Source: Octopus sinensis (lineage: Eukaryota). Taken from it: DNA of 64,000 nucleotides. The stretch is from NCBI RefSeq assembly GCF_006345805.1, contig NC_043026.1, forward strand, positions 2,418,001 through 2,482,000. Reading direction: 5' to 3'. Positions 25,317 to 37,730 of the stretch are shown here, piece by piece (the stretch's first letter is position 1; every line of letters starts with the position of its first letter). Made by a program: the position numbers and the translations under genes. Under the pieces are notes generated by a model. The model searched no databases. It was not told where the DNA came from and saw only the letters and a list, made by a program, of their open reading frames with translations.

Positions 25317-26829
25317 TATAATATATATTCATATATACATAACATATATGTCAATACTTACATATATATGTATATATATGCATATGTGGGTACAGGACGT
25401 CATAGAATGTAAACAATATGAAATACAAACATTTTTTGCAAACAACAAAAGAAACAAATAGAAAAATAAGACAAGCAATATAAAGAACGACCCTTCATCA
25501 ATTGTTAGCTGTTTTTCTACTTGGTATTTTGAGCAATTCATGACAAGATATGATTTCACCAAAACATTTGCTCCTGCAAAGCAAAAAATGTAAAATTTGG
25601 CATTGGTAACAAAAACAGGACAGTGAAACAAACAGAAAGAGCTGCTAAGCCTTAATGAGGTGAGGTGGCAAAAGCTGGAGGAACAAGCTTTGACAGGGGA
25701 CAGGCAAGAATGCATCTGGTCTCTGCTGCTGATTGGATAGAAAGAAAGAAACTCAAGTTAGGAAAAGAAGGATGGCCGATGGTCACATGCGAGCAACGAG
25801 AGAGCAAAGGAAGAAGAGTGAGGGAGAGAGAAGGACAGACCCCTTCGTCGTTCTCTTTCTGTTCCTCTCTCTCCCTCACTCTTCCTCCTTTGCTCTCATT
25901 GCTTGCACATGACCTTGTTTACCTAAATTGAGTTCCTTTCCTTCCGATCAGCAGCAGAGATCAGACGCATGGCAAAATATGTGTGTGTGTGTGTGTGTGT
26001 GTATCTGTCTGTCTGTCTTTATGCCAGTGTTTCTTCCCTACCATTGCTTGACAACCAGTGTTAGTGAGTTTATGTCCTTGTAACTTAGCAGTTTGTCAAA
26101 AGAACTGATAAAATAGGCACCAGGCTTTAAAAAAATGAGTCCTGGAGTCAGTTTGTTCAAGGTGGTGCCCCAGCATGGCCACGTTCAACTGACTGAAACA
26201 ATTAAAAGATAAAAGATATCTGCAAACTAAGTATATACAGTCTACTCTAATTGTATTTACTTAGATGATTTCTCTATAAACAATCCACTTAGTGAATGTT
26301 CTATATCCATCCTTATGATGTGTTCTCGGCTGCACAGCTGAATGCTCTTTGATCCTCAAATATTCTCAGGTTTGTTGTTAGATCTCCACCTCTGCTGATA
26401 ACAACATATAATTGTCTATGTGTGAACAGTGGACTCAGAAGACACAATCTGCACCTCTTTAGCTCTTTAGTATTCAGATTACTCTGTCGAATGTAATGCT
26501 TATCTATTCACTTCATTTAGAATTAATTATGCCATTAGTTGATACTTTGAGATTTCAATAATGTAATTGTTTAGTTTTAGAATGACATTGTAGGATAGGT
26601 GTCAGAGGTCAGATCTGGCTGTTTTGGACATAAAACAGGTTGAATTTTTGTGTTGGAATTGTTTTGTATCATTGACTGAAAATTTTGGCACAAGGCCACC
26701 AAATTCAGGGGATGAGGTAAATCAATTGCATCAACCCCAATGTAGAGCTGGTACTCATTTTAGGAGCACTGAAAGGATGAAAGGCAAAGTCGGCCACGGA
26801 AGAATAAAAAAAAATGGATGTCATGAATC

Positions 26830-27366
26830 TGTTTCCTGAAATCCAGTTGTATTCATATGGACCATAATTTTCTCAAAGCACGAGATTTGATATTTTGTAG
26901 AAGTTGTTACTGCTTCAGTTTGAAAACTCATCACAATTATCTGTGGTAGTTTGATTAGCATGGAGGTCTCTTGAAATTTCTTCCCATTGAAGCTAAATAT
27001 CACAAATAATGTTAGTTTTCCAAATTTTATGATGATAGCCATTACATCATAGTTGTGTTCTGCCATAGATCTTGGACAGCTCACTGATGGGTTTGGGAGG
27101 ACATATTAATTCCAGTCTGACCAGTATCACCTGCAATGATTGCATTATACAGGCCTGCTCATAGGGCCTGTTGATTCTTTCTGATATACTGCAACTGAGC
27201 AACCTTGGACCTTGGTCCATTAGTCTACACAAAATTGACGGAATAGACGATGTCTATGATGCAATATATTATCTGATTCAGCTTTCTTTGTTATCTGAAA
27301 AGAATAAAGTTAAAATGGTTGTTGCTTGTTGGACTTGCTATTACAGCAGTGAGTGAGTGAGAGAGG

Positions 27367-27409
<43 letters not shown>

Positions 27410-28340
27410 AAGTGGGAGGTGGGATAGGTTAAAGACATAACTTTTCTATTGTCTCTTTGTTTTAGTATATTGTGATGCTGTCCATCTAAGCCACCAAGAA
27501 AGCTATGGATACATCATGACATAATTGGCTCAACGAGAGTTGCTACTATTTGAAGGCTTTGCTGATTGTTCTCCAATTGAAACTTGCTTACCAATAGTCT
27601 ACCAGCCTAATGAGTTTCTTCATCATTACTTGATATCAATACAGCAACCTCACTGGATGTGGACAATCTTTCTGGAGTGTTTTCCATCTGGCTTTTTGTC
27701 AGCATCCAATAGAAATATTTTCTGATGTTGTGCCAAACAGGAATGATTGTAAATAAGTGTTGTTAACTGAAACTGTAGCAGAATTAGAATCTATGCAAAA
27801 GAACAACATCAATATTTTCCTCTTCTATTATCTGCATCCACTGTTGAATTTGTCTTCAGGATTGTAAGTTTGCAGACAGAATGACGCATCTGTAACAGCA
27901 TTTCTTGGTACTCCAAAAAATCTATAAACTGTTCTGCGAATTCTGGAAGTAGGAAGGCCTCAAGCAATTGTAGTATTATTTATTTTCATGCTGCACATAG
28001 CCGTAGCACTGTTGAACATTTGAATGTGTTTTCTGAAATATTTTGCTTCTGGTGAATCAAGTATGTACAATTGATGTAGCTTATCAGATAAATGTGATAC
28101 TTCTGGAATACAGATTAAACCAGATGTTCAGCAAATACCAAAATCAGGATCGGCCGATGTTCTTGCAGAGCCCTTTGCCACGAACATTATTAGTTTGTTG
28201 CAAAATCGGCATTTTGTATCCATTAAGCCAGTGGATCCTAAATAGTGTGGCCTGCCTCACAGGTGTGGTGGAAGAGGAAAGCAGGTGAGGCAAAATGATT
28301 GAAAGACAAATATTTAGAAACAGTTTCAAAAAATTCATAT
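26830..28340 (-). mobile_element. Second Helitron RepHel N-terminal remnant (different family)
   Basis: GLMDTKCRFCNKL...FGIC*TSGLICIP...EAKYFRKHIQMFNSATAMCSM...RIRRTVYRFFG...CLQTYNPED; later HNYDVMAII resembles the HxxYDPMxYP motif. Confidence 0.75.
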
Positions 28341-29387
28341 GCCAAAAATAGAAAGGATTTCGAAATTTAAAATATTATAGATTACTTATAATTGCATGCA
28401 TGAGACTCAGTACAAATAGTTATAAACAATTATTGACTGATTTTATCATTGTAATATTTTTGCATTATATCAAGAATTAAGAGTATAGTAATTAGGGTCC
28501 ACAAATTAGAGGAAATCCATGGTTATTGCTCTTTAACTCCTTGGACCTTTGGTGAGGCACAAGCAAATTTTCATTCTGAAAATGCAAGCCAGAGAAAAAA
28601 GTCTCGGAACTCCTATCACACTGGTTTAAAGTGTGATAGGAAAGGAACAGATCTGATGTTGCAGAGGTGGTACATGGCCACCCTACCTTATATGTGAGCT
28701 ACTGGAGGGGAGCTGAAAAGAGCAATAAAGATAGTGGTGACAAGATGCTAAGAGAGGACCTTCAGAGGAAAAGAAGAAAGTGTGAGGGCAGAAAAGTGGG
28801 AAGGAGGTGTTTCAGGAGAATGATAGGGTGAGAGTGAATGTAATGAATTGAGAACATGGGTGGTGGGGTAGTTGATGGAGGGAAGGTAGGAGAGGAAGTG
28901 ATGCCTGGAGAAGAATGAAGAACAGCAGGATGATGATAATAGTGGAAATCCTTACCTTATTGAGAAAGGATATTGATTGCAATAGTCAATAGAATAGAAA
29001 TAAAGCTGAAATTTCCCCTTCTGTGTGGCCCAGTACCAAATGTTCCACAGCTGCTCAATGGCTGGGGTCCCTTGCTCTACATGACAGAACATCTTCATAT
29101 CTGTCCCTACTGTAAAAAGGGAATGTTTTCAAAGGATGGGTTCCTGTTGTTCTAATTAACAGAACTATCCACTTATTGTATTAATGTGCTATTAAGGCTG
29201 TAAAAGGGAGAGTAAGTCATTCTTTCCATCCATAGGCACCATGGGTAAGTGCTGGTAAACCCTTTGCTCTCCTGTGCCAGGGGTGTGGTGAAGATGCATG
29301 CAGCAGGACATTGGATGACTAACAAAGCAGAGGGGTCACTGGACCAATGGCTTGAAGGTTATTATGGTCAAACAGAAGACCTGTACC

Positions 29388-29584
29388 ATCAGCACAAGTG
29401 TAGTTAGAGTGTGTGCCACCCAGGGTGGCCCTTCGATTTGCTGCCCCAGGACCCCACAAAAATACATATTGCCTACAGCAAGCACAAAAATGGTGTCACC
29501 CCTGGGCCACCACAAAGAATACATATTGTATACAGCAGACCCAAAGATGGTGCCACCTCTGCCCCACCTCTAGCTATGCTAGTG
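29388..29584. mobile_element. Possible hAT-type MITE
   Basis: Degenerate ends resembling cagtggcgtagctagag / ctctagctacgccactg; internal duplicated acatattg..tacagca unit. Confidence 0.4.
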
Positions 29585-29639
29585 ACTGACAACAGTTTGA
29601 GTGTCAACAAGCAAGGTGCTACAGTGGGGTAGCCTTGTC

Positions 29640-30000
29640 ATTGACCATGTTCGGTGCACTCTTGTACGCCACTTGGTATTTGGCTTGGCGGCCCAAGAGG
29701 CAGTCTGGTGGTGAGGGTCAGTGCCAACTGTGTTACTGCGTTACTCACAGAAGTGGGGAACCTTGAAAGGATGTAGTAAATGTGACAGCAGTGGTTGTAA
29801 GTAACTGGGAGGGGCTAGCAAGAGCTCTGCACACAGGCAGCTTGCTCCAGTGGTTACAGTGAGTGCTGGTTGAGTATTCCACAGACACTTTGTACTTGTA
29901 GTTATATGAGGAGAGGGTTGTATATGGGAAGTAAAATAATCTAGATGGATGAGGAAAGAGGGAGTCTGGAAGACGAAATGGAACCAAGACATTGACAGAC
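29640..30000 (-). mobile_element. Possible Penelope GIY-YIG remnant
   Basis: Weak: FYFPYTTLS... then IYYI...SVSNAVTQL, loosely like IYxFxC..YVGxTxxxL. Confidence 0.25.
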
Positions 30001-30050
30001 ATTGACTGTTGCTGTCCATGGACTGAAACAGGGAAATGATGATTGACATT

Positions 30051-30462
30051 TACTCTTACTCTTTACTCTTTTACTTGTTTCAGTCATTTGACTGCGGCCA
30101 TGCTGGAGCACCGCCTTTAATCGAGCAACTCGACCCCAGGACTTATTCTTTTGTAAGCCCAGTACTTATTCTATCGGTCTCTTTCGCCCAACAGCTAAGT
30201 AATGGGGACGTAAACACACCAGCATCGGTTATCAAGCAATGGTGGGGGGACAAACACAGACACGCAAACACACACACACATACATATACACATATATACG
30301 ACGGGCTTCTTTCAGTTTCCGTCTACCAAATCCACTCACAAGGCATTGGTCGGCCCGAGGCTATAGTAGAAGATACTTGCCCAAGGTGCCACGCAATGGG
30401 ACTGAACCCAGAACCATGTGGTTGGTAAACAAGCTACTTACCACACAGCCACTCCTACGCCT
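30051..30462 (-). mobile_element. SINE family A, full length
   Basis: Near-consensus head, body and tail. Confidence 0.92.
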
Positions 30463-31024
30463 ATTGATTACTTACCCTGAATCAATTCGTTATCCTGTCA
30501 CCTGGCAGGTCAATAATGGTGGATTTTGTTGCATTGTCTATGTTTATTGTTTGTCTTCTGCAACATAAACAATCTTCAATATAATTGTCCTAAATCATGT
30601 TATTCCACCCACTTTGCTTTCCTCATCCCTCCAGCCTATATTCTTCTTCTAACACTCACATAACCGTTCTACTTAGATGTATTAATTTCTCTTAATTCCT
30701 CTTCAGTTAATTGCTCTTCCTCAATTTTCACCTTTACCGTTATTTTGGTTCAAATTTACAAGCGACGACAGCTAAGGGGCGATAATTCCCCACAAACATA
30801 GAAGAGTTACCCCCCTTGAGGGAAATGTCAGTTTGAAGAAACGTAAATATCTAAATTTGTTCAATCTGTTCAAGACTGGAGTCGAGACTGGAGGCCTGAA
30901 GTAGCGGCGTGGGACCAGGGAAGCTGAGGGAAGACACCACCTTATGACGACTCATACCGTTTAACGAATATTAATGCATCACTTCATTTATTATAATTCT
31001 TTTGTCATTTTTGATATTAATTGA

Positions 31025-31094
31025 TATCTATCTTTCTATCTGTCTGTCTGTCTATCTATCTGTCTGTCTATCTATCTGTCTGTCTGTCTATCTG

Positions 31095-31129
<35 letters not shown>

Positions 31130-31200
31130 GTCTGTCTGTCTATCTGTCTGTCTATCTATCTATCTATCTATCTGTCTGTCTATCTATCTATCTATCGGTG

Positions 31201-31241
<41 letters not shown>

Positions 31242-31292
31242 GTCTATCTATCTGTCTATCTGTCTATCTATTTATCTATCTATCTACCTATG

Positions 31293-31340
<48 letters not shown>
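31025..31340. repeat. (TCTA/TCTG)n and (TA)n microsatellite
   Basis: Direct observation. Confidence 0.95.
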
Positions 31341-31343
<3 letters not shown>

Positions 31344-31586
31344 TCATCATCATCATCATCATCATTTAGCGTCCGTTCTCCATGCTAGCATGGGTTGGAT
31401 GGTTCACCTGGGGTCTGTGAAACCAGAAGGCTGCACCAGGCCCAGTCTGATCTGGCAATGTTTCTACGGCTGGATGCCCTTCCTAACACCAACCACTCCG
31501 TGAGTGTACTGGGTGCTTTTTACGTGCCACCGGCACGGGGGCCAGGCGAGGCTGGCAACGGCCACGAACGGATGGTGCTTTTTACG

Positions 31587-31590
<4 letters not shown>
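31340..31590 (-). mobile_element. RTE LINE 3'-UTR fragment
   Basis: (cat)n plus reverse complement of the RTE tail. Confidence 0.85.
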
Positions 31591-31638
<48 letters not shown>

Positions 31639-31898
31639 TAATTAGATAGATATACAGTAACATGCAAAAGTCTTCATCTACTTTAAACTCGTGTAAATTT
31701 CTACCAATTGCCAACCTATAAGTCGATGTTTCACATTGTGTTTTTTACAGATGAAACATTGGCCCTGTTGGAGTCATTTCCATACCTAATCCTTATATTT
31801 TGTAGTCGGGGTTCTGAATGAGAGGCGAAGATGCGAGACGACCACCAAAAACGGTCATGCAAAAGTTTTCAGCCACCTCACAGAAACCAATCAAGATA

Positions 31899-32812
31899 CA
31901 GTGTTTGAAAACAGAAAAATGTCTATAATGAAAATTTATTGCATAATGTTCATTTCAGAAATTTACTGAACATTGTTAATATCTTGTAGCTTGCTTACCA
32001 ACCACATGGTTCCGGGTTCAGTCCCACTGCGTGGCATCTTGGGCAAGTGTCTTCTGCTATAGCCCCGGGCCGACCAATGCCTTGTGAGTGGATTTGGTAG
32101 ACGGAAACTGAAAGAAGCCCGTCATATATATGTATATATATATATGTGTATGTGTGTGTTTGTGTGTCTGTGTTTGTCCCCCTAGCATTGCTTGACAACC
32201 GATGCTGGTGATTTTACGTCCCCGTCACTTAGTGGTTCGGCAAAAGAGACCGATAGAATAAGTACTAGGCTTACAAAGAATAAGTCCCGGGGTCGATTTG
32301 CTTGACTAAAGGTGGTGCTCCAGCATGGCCGCAGTCAAATGACTGAAACAAGTAAAAGAGTAAAAGAGTTAAGAGAGTATCTCGTGTGGCTTCCTTTAGC
32401 TTGAAAAATTGCTTCAATGTACCTGAGAAGAGATGTGTACAAATCCTTCACCATCTTCACAGGTATGAGATGCCATTCTCTGTGGCTGATCTCCCACAAC
32501 TCTTCAAGATTGCATGGATTCTTCTGACAAACACTTCTCTTCTGTTCTGTCCACATTTGCTCGATGATGTCAGGGCTCTGAGCTGGACAATCTTTAAATA
32601 ACGGTAACACCTTCATCAGCCAGACTCTGTAGTGTTGAACATAATCTGTGGCACAGACCTCTGTCATGCTGAAAAATCTCACCTTCATCCAAGTCTTGTA
32701 TCAAATTGTCCTTCAGCAACTGAATGTATTTGGCATTGTTCAAGTTATCGTCAATTTTAACTAACTTTCTCGAACCATCAATTTTTGTGTATCCCCAAAG
32801 CATCATGTAATG
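31899..32812 (-). mobile_element. Tc1 (DD34E) transposon 3' half, interrupted by a SINE
   Basis: MLWG...FQHD...CPAQSPD-IIEQMW...AKGSHTRY*; probable terminal TA|CAGTG at 31897-31903. Confidence 0.8.
31986..32368 (+). mobile_element. SINE family A inserted into Tc1
   Basis: Near-consensus body with slightly truncated head, ending gtaaaagagtaaaagag. Confidence 0.92.
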
Positions 32813-32870
32813 TGGATCATTTTGCTTTCCTGGAGGCCTTCTAGCAAGTTCTCACTTATTATATATATAT

Positions 32871-33917
32871 ACTAGCATTATGACCCGTCGTTGCCGGGTC
32901 ATAGTGCTAGTGCATGTATATATGTGTATATATATGTGTACATATTACAAGTACATTTATATATATACATCTACACATAAAATACAAAATACAAAGTTAT
33001 ATCTTGATATCGCTAGTAATAACAATACTCAAAATATATAACAGATTGGAATTGTAGGCCCGTCTCTTGCAATTTCGATCAATTGTATCTTGTCCTACCT
33101 CTTGTATAGAAGTGTGGCTACAATCCAGCCTACCTCTACTTCTGGGGGGGGGGGACATTTTAAATTTTTTTCCGGGAAGTCCTACATCCCAGATATAAGG
33201 GTAAAAATAAAATATTTCCACTTTACAAGGTTCGAGTCGATTACTTCCTTGCACGCTCCGTTGACTCGAACCTTGCTTCAATTGTGGCAAATTTACCGCC
33301 TCTGGTTAGATACTTGATATCTTTCATAGTCGCACCAAGACACTTTTCAATGGTGCTTTACTCCAGGTGTTCAAATCTTTTTTCTCTACATTGTATACTT
33401 TATAGACAATAGGCTTTTCTTTAATTTAATTTTTTATTATCCATCTGGACTATTCCATTTCTGCATGCTAATTTTATTTTTAATTTATTCCCATTCATGT
33501 GAAACCACTTATTCAAGTTCAAGTCATTGATGCAATTTTATACCAATTGCTATTTTTACTTTTGTTATGTTACGATTATATTATACTTTAGTTTGATTTT
33601 AATTATTACTTACTACATATAATTCAATTGTTATTATTATCTCTAATTTTTATTGTTAAAGTGAAAGTATCTGACATAAAATAGAGAAATGTTTTTGTTT
33701 CACTTTTAACACATAATACTGAAATAGTGGAGAAGATATGATATTGCTATGGGCTCGCTGTAGGCAAGAAGTTGAACATTTTTTTTGCCCATGAAACTAC
33801 ATGGACCCTAAGTAAGGCATGTGTAAAATTTGAATGAAATTGGTTGTGTAGTTCTCAAGTTTTAGGGAAACACACAGACAGATAGACACACATTCTCAGT
33901 TTTATATATAGAGAGAT
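32871..33917 (+). mobile_element. Non-autonomous Helitron-like element (ACTAG...acagacag...tatatagagagat type)
   Basis: 5' ACTAGcattatgacccg/cgggtcatagtgctag hairpin; 3' aaatttgaatgaaattgg...acagacagatagac...ttttatatatagagagat, the end pattern of Lep1-like Helitrons. Confidence 0.65.
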
Positions 33918-34388
33918 ACACACACATATACATACATACATACATACATACATACACACATAAACATATATATAAATACATATATATATATAAATATATA
34001 TATGTACATACATGTATATGTGTATATATATATGTGTGTGTGTGTATGTGTGTATGTATGTATGTATGTGTGTGTATGCATGTATGTGTGTGTGTATGTA
34101 TGTGTGTGTGTGTGCATGTAAGTATGTATATATGCGTGTGTGTGTGTGTATGTGTGTGTATGTATGTGTGTGTGTATGTGTGTGTATGTATGTATGAATG
34201 TATATATGTATGTGTATGTATGTGTGTGTGTATGTATGTATGTATGTATGTGTGTGTGTGCATGTAAGTATGTATATATGCGCGTGTGTGTGTATGTGTG
34301 TGTGTATGTATGTGTGTGTGTATGTGTGTGTGTATGTATGTATGTATGAATGTATGTATGTATGTGTATGTATGTATGTGTGTATGTA

Positions 34389-34428
<40 letters not shown>
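33918..34428. repeat. (TA)/(TG)/(TATG)n compound microsatellite
   Basis: Direct observation. Confidence 0.95.
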
Positions 34429-34585
34429 AAATTCCACTCGTTACTCAACCCGAACCTATATTAGAAGACACTTGTCCAAGGCGCCACACATTTGGGTCAA
34501 AATCAGCTTTCAAATCACAGCCAGGACATTACTTGTTGTTGTTGCTGTTGTTGTTGTTGCTGACTTGTCGTTCGTTTTTAAACGT

Positions 34586-34611
34586 ATTTCCTTTTTTTTC
34601 TTTTAATCTAG
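34586..34611 (+). other. Probable splice acceptor of the giant exon
   Basis: atttccttttttttcttttaatctAG polypyrimidine tract; in-frame stop at 34815 before ATG 34845, so 34612-34844 would be 5' UTR. Confidence 0.5.
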
Positions 34612-34844
34612 ATTCAAGCCTGATTTGAAACCCATTCACTGTTCATTGTATTGACTGCTTGGAGAGGGAGAGAGAGGGAGAGAGGGAGAGAGAGAGAGAA
34701 AATAATAGAAAGAAGCGAAATACAATAACAACAGAAGAAAAATAAACAACAAACAAACAAAGAACAAAAGAGCAAAATCCAAAACTATCAGGAAAGGCAA
34801 AAAATATAATACGTTGATTCCTTAACAATTTGCTAATTGAGATA

Positions 34845-37730
34845 ATGAAGCCGTCGTCGACTGAGAGAAGTCTTCAAGACACAAAAGACAACTGGGACAA
34901 TGTGAATGATGCCGACAGCGACGGTGAGATTGCAGAACTTGGTAACGATGACGATTTACTTGCGGATCCTAGCAACCTCGGTCGGATGCTGCAAACTATT
35001 CCTAAAGGCAAATACTCAGAAACGCAGAGGGACGCTGAAATTTACTGCAGCAGCCAGCAGTATATGTCGAAGGAATTTCTGACACAGACCGACGGGGCCA
35101 AATGGCAGATATCGGGTCAAATCGATGACAAAATTAACACCAACAATGCCTTGCGTGATTGTTTGGGTCTTTACAAGTCACAAGAAAGCATTTGGCAGAA
35201 TAGTGACGAGGACCTTGTTGATAGGGAGGAGGAAGAAGAGGAGGATAGAAGCCAGAACCCTAATTATACCCCGACAGCCGTTGACTTTATTCACGAACCT
35301 ATCCCACATATTTGGGACCTTTCTTCTTGTGGTTCTACAAATCTGACAAACAGGGTTGATTTTAACATTCCGAACTCATCGGATGACTCTGAAACGTGCA
35401 AGGGTAAAAGCCCGGACTCAATCGAAATAATGGCACCAGATTCTCAGCTCCAAAAATTTGCTCCGTGTTTTGTCACAAGCAGTTTGGATGATAGGGACGA
35501 TGCCCCTACATCCACTTTGAACTCACCGTTTAAGATATTTCAAAGTCACGTTAAACCCTGCGAGGATTTAGATTGTAACAGGCTCCTACACCAGCCAAGT
35601 GTTACTCATCGATCTAAAGACAGGGAATTGCAAGATTCACCGAAGAAGAATACACCTAACCAGAACAGATTCGATCACGAGTCTTGTGATGGTTCTAAAC
35701 TCGACTTGGACGAAGTTTGTGAGCTGCCATTTAGTGAAGGTAACGCCGAGGCGTGTGGTTATCAAAATTCATACTCATCTTGCATTACTGTGAGTAGTGA
35801 TGATGAAAATACTTACGACAGTTCGCTCAAATCACACCATTACTATAGCAACAGATATTCACCATCTGTCGATACGCTCCAGAGAAAGTGTCATTTAAGT
35901 GAAACCGATATCACTACTCCCACCCCTGATCTTCCAGATAATGTGCTGCAAGTTTCTTATGAAGGCCACCAGAAAAATGAACGCGATCACAAGCACCAAC
36001 ACGACGACCTCATTGTAGTAAATAAATTGGAAGCTTACAAAGAGACGTTTGTGTTGAGTCACGGGACTAGTAATGAGACATGCAGAAGTTTTACACCAGA
36101 AACACAACACCAATCTCAATTGTGCAACATTGTAAAACCCTCACAGCATCCGGGTCTCAACCACTTATCTGTATTTCGCCCTCGAACCTCTCCTCCTCAG
36201 AGCGCCAGTGTCGTTAACTGTGTTGCTACGCTGCCTTCGCTTCCTCAGTCTATTGTTCGTTGGGACAATGCCTCGGGTTGCAGTTCAACAGACGACATGA
36301 AAGGAAACAGCAAGCCAGTATTTAAAAACCTGAATATTTTGGATGACCGACCAACCTATCCAGGAATAACAGACTCTTCAGAAAAAATAACCGAAGAGTC
36401 TTTAGGCAGACCAGAAAACATCGGTAATATATTAGTAAAAAATCCTCAGCTCGTAGCAAACACAAACAAAGATACATCTACATCCGCATGCACAAAAGCA
36501 TATGCACACACAACCACAGATCTAGATACAAATACAATCATAAATACAAACACTGACCGGTCCACAGTTAAGACTGGCAAAAGTGAAACGCAATGTAGTC
36601 TGCCAAGATTTTCTACTACAGAAAAAACGCAGAGATTTCCGAATCAAGTCGACAACTCCTCCCTGAACTCAAACCCGAGGGACTATCGAACTATCCCCAA
36701 CTGGGACCCTGTTGCTGTTACAAGAAATACTGTTATTACAGGGGACAATCGTAGCATGAAGAAGCTCCCCGAAGAGAAAACCCCTCACAGCGAGGGCAGA
36801 ATCGTGAAGGTTGTTCAGCGAGACACTGACGAAACTGATGCAAGTGAAAAATGTATTAATGATAATAACTTACTAAATGTCGATGAGAAGTATCATAGAG
36901 AGGATGTATATAATGATGTATATAATGATGCCACTACATTATATGGATCACAGGATGGTAAAGATATCAAAAATAAAACTATTCGTCATAACCAATATAC
37001 CGATAACACGCTTACATGGGGAGATGCATGTAAAGTTATCAACCCCTTGTATGAAACATGGGATAATAAAGATATGGAAAACGGAAGATGTACAAACCTC
37101 GGCTGCAAGAATAATGAAAGTATTCCCTCGAAAGATAGATATAAATCTAAAAGCGAAATCGAGAAAGAAGACAGAAGCGAAGAAAAGGAAGAAGAATCGG
37201 TTAAAAGCAACAGCAACAATAATAATGAAGATGCTGATGAATGTAATAATGTAGAAGAAACCGAAGAAAAGTGTGACCTCGTTGATACTCTGTCTCTCAA
37301 CGCAGAATCTAGAGACAGTGTTAATCATTCTGGTGTTTGTAGTCTGAAGTTGGATAAGAGAAACTACTTCAGAAACAGCGACGATGATTTATTAGCTGTG
37401 ACCGTTGGAGAAAAGAATTATTCTGATGCCATCGTCCCGTCTTACTATACTGCAGCGGCTGTAGTAAGTGTGGGAAGGGACGATTGTCAGATGTACGGTT
37501 CACAGAGGGAGGGGGACAGCTACAGCCAGAGTAATAGTAGTAGCTACATCTTCGATGACTTTGATTGCATGAATTCAGCCTCGCAGAACGAGACCTTTCA
37601 TTTTAAAACTCAGACAGAGGAAAACCAATTGAAGAAGAAGAAGAAGAAGAAGAAGAAGAAGAAGAAGAAGGAAGAAGAGGAGGGGGAGGAGGAGAATCTA
37701 CAAAACCCCATACAAGCAACAATGTTTTAG
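34845..37730 (+). CDS. N-terminal part of an uncharacterised, probably disordered Asp/Ser/Asn/Glu-rich protein
   Basis: 2.9-kb stop-free non-repeat frame, first ATG at 34845; no recognisable domain; overlaps the open -1 frame of the next ORF from 37607. Confidence 0.85.
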   Translation: MKPSSTERSLQDTKDNWDNVNDADSDGEIAELGNDDDLLADPSNLGRMLQTIPKGKYSETQRDAEIYCSSQQYMSKEFLTQTDGAKWQISGQIDDKINTNNALRDCLGLYKSQESIWQNSDEDLVDREEEEEEDRSQNPNYTPTAVDFIHEPIPHIWDLSSCGSTNLTNRVDFNIPNSSDDSETCKGKSPDSIEIMAPDSQLQKFAPCFVTSSLDDRDDAPTSTLNSPFKIFQSHVKPCEDLDCNRLLHQPSVTHRSKDRELQDSPKKNTPNQNRFDHESCDGSKLDLDEVCELPFSEGNAEACGYQNSYSSCITVSSDDENTYDSSLKSHHYYSNRYSPSVDTLQRKCHLSETDITTPTPDLPDNVLQVSYEGHQKNERDHKHQHDDLIVVNKLEAYKETFVLSHGTSNETCRSFTPETQHQSQLCNIVKPSQHPGLNHLSVFRPRTSPPQSASVVNCVATLPSLPQSIVRWDNASGCSSTDDMKGNSKPVFKNLNILDDRPTYPGITDSSEKITEESLGRPENIGNILVKNPQLVANTNKDTSTSACTKAYAHTTTDLDTNTIINTNTDRSTVKTGKSETQCSLPRFSTTEKTQRFPNQVDNSSLNSNPRDYRTIPNWDPVAVTRNTVITGDNRSMKKLPEEKTPHSEGRIVKVVQRDTDETDASEKCINDNNLLNVDEKYHREDVYNDVYNDATTLYGSQDGKDIKNKTIRHNQYTDNTLTWGDACKVINPLYETWDNKDMENGRCTNLGCKNNESIPSKDRYKSKSEIEKEDRSEEKEEESVKSNSNNNNEDADECNNVEETEEKCDLVDTLSLNAESRDSVNHSGVCSLKLDKRNYFRNSDDDLLAVTVGEKNYSDAIVPSYYTAAAVVSVGRDDCQMYGSQREGDSYSQSNSSSYIFDDFDCMNSASQNETFHFKTQTEENQLKKKKKKKKKKKKKEEEEGEEENLQNPIQATMF

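Noticed and set aside
25485-25520. Permuted hammerhead (aaaacagctaacaattgatgaaggg on the minus strand)
   Set aside because: Core bases are altered and there is no room for stem I.
30740-30960. CpG-containing island as a solo LTR or promoter
   Set aside because: No TG...CA ends, TSD or second copy could be identified.
37595-37630. Programmed -1 slippery heptamer
   Set aside because: TTTAAAA is not in the ORF1 frame and GGAAAAC does not fit X XXY YYZ in frame; no canonical site was found.
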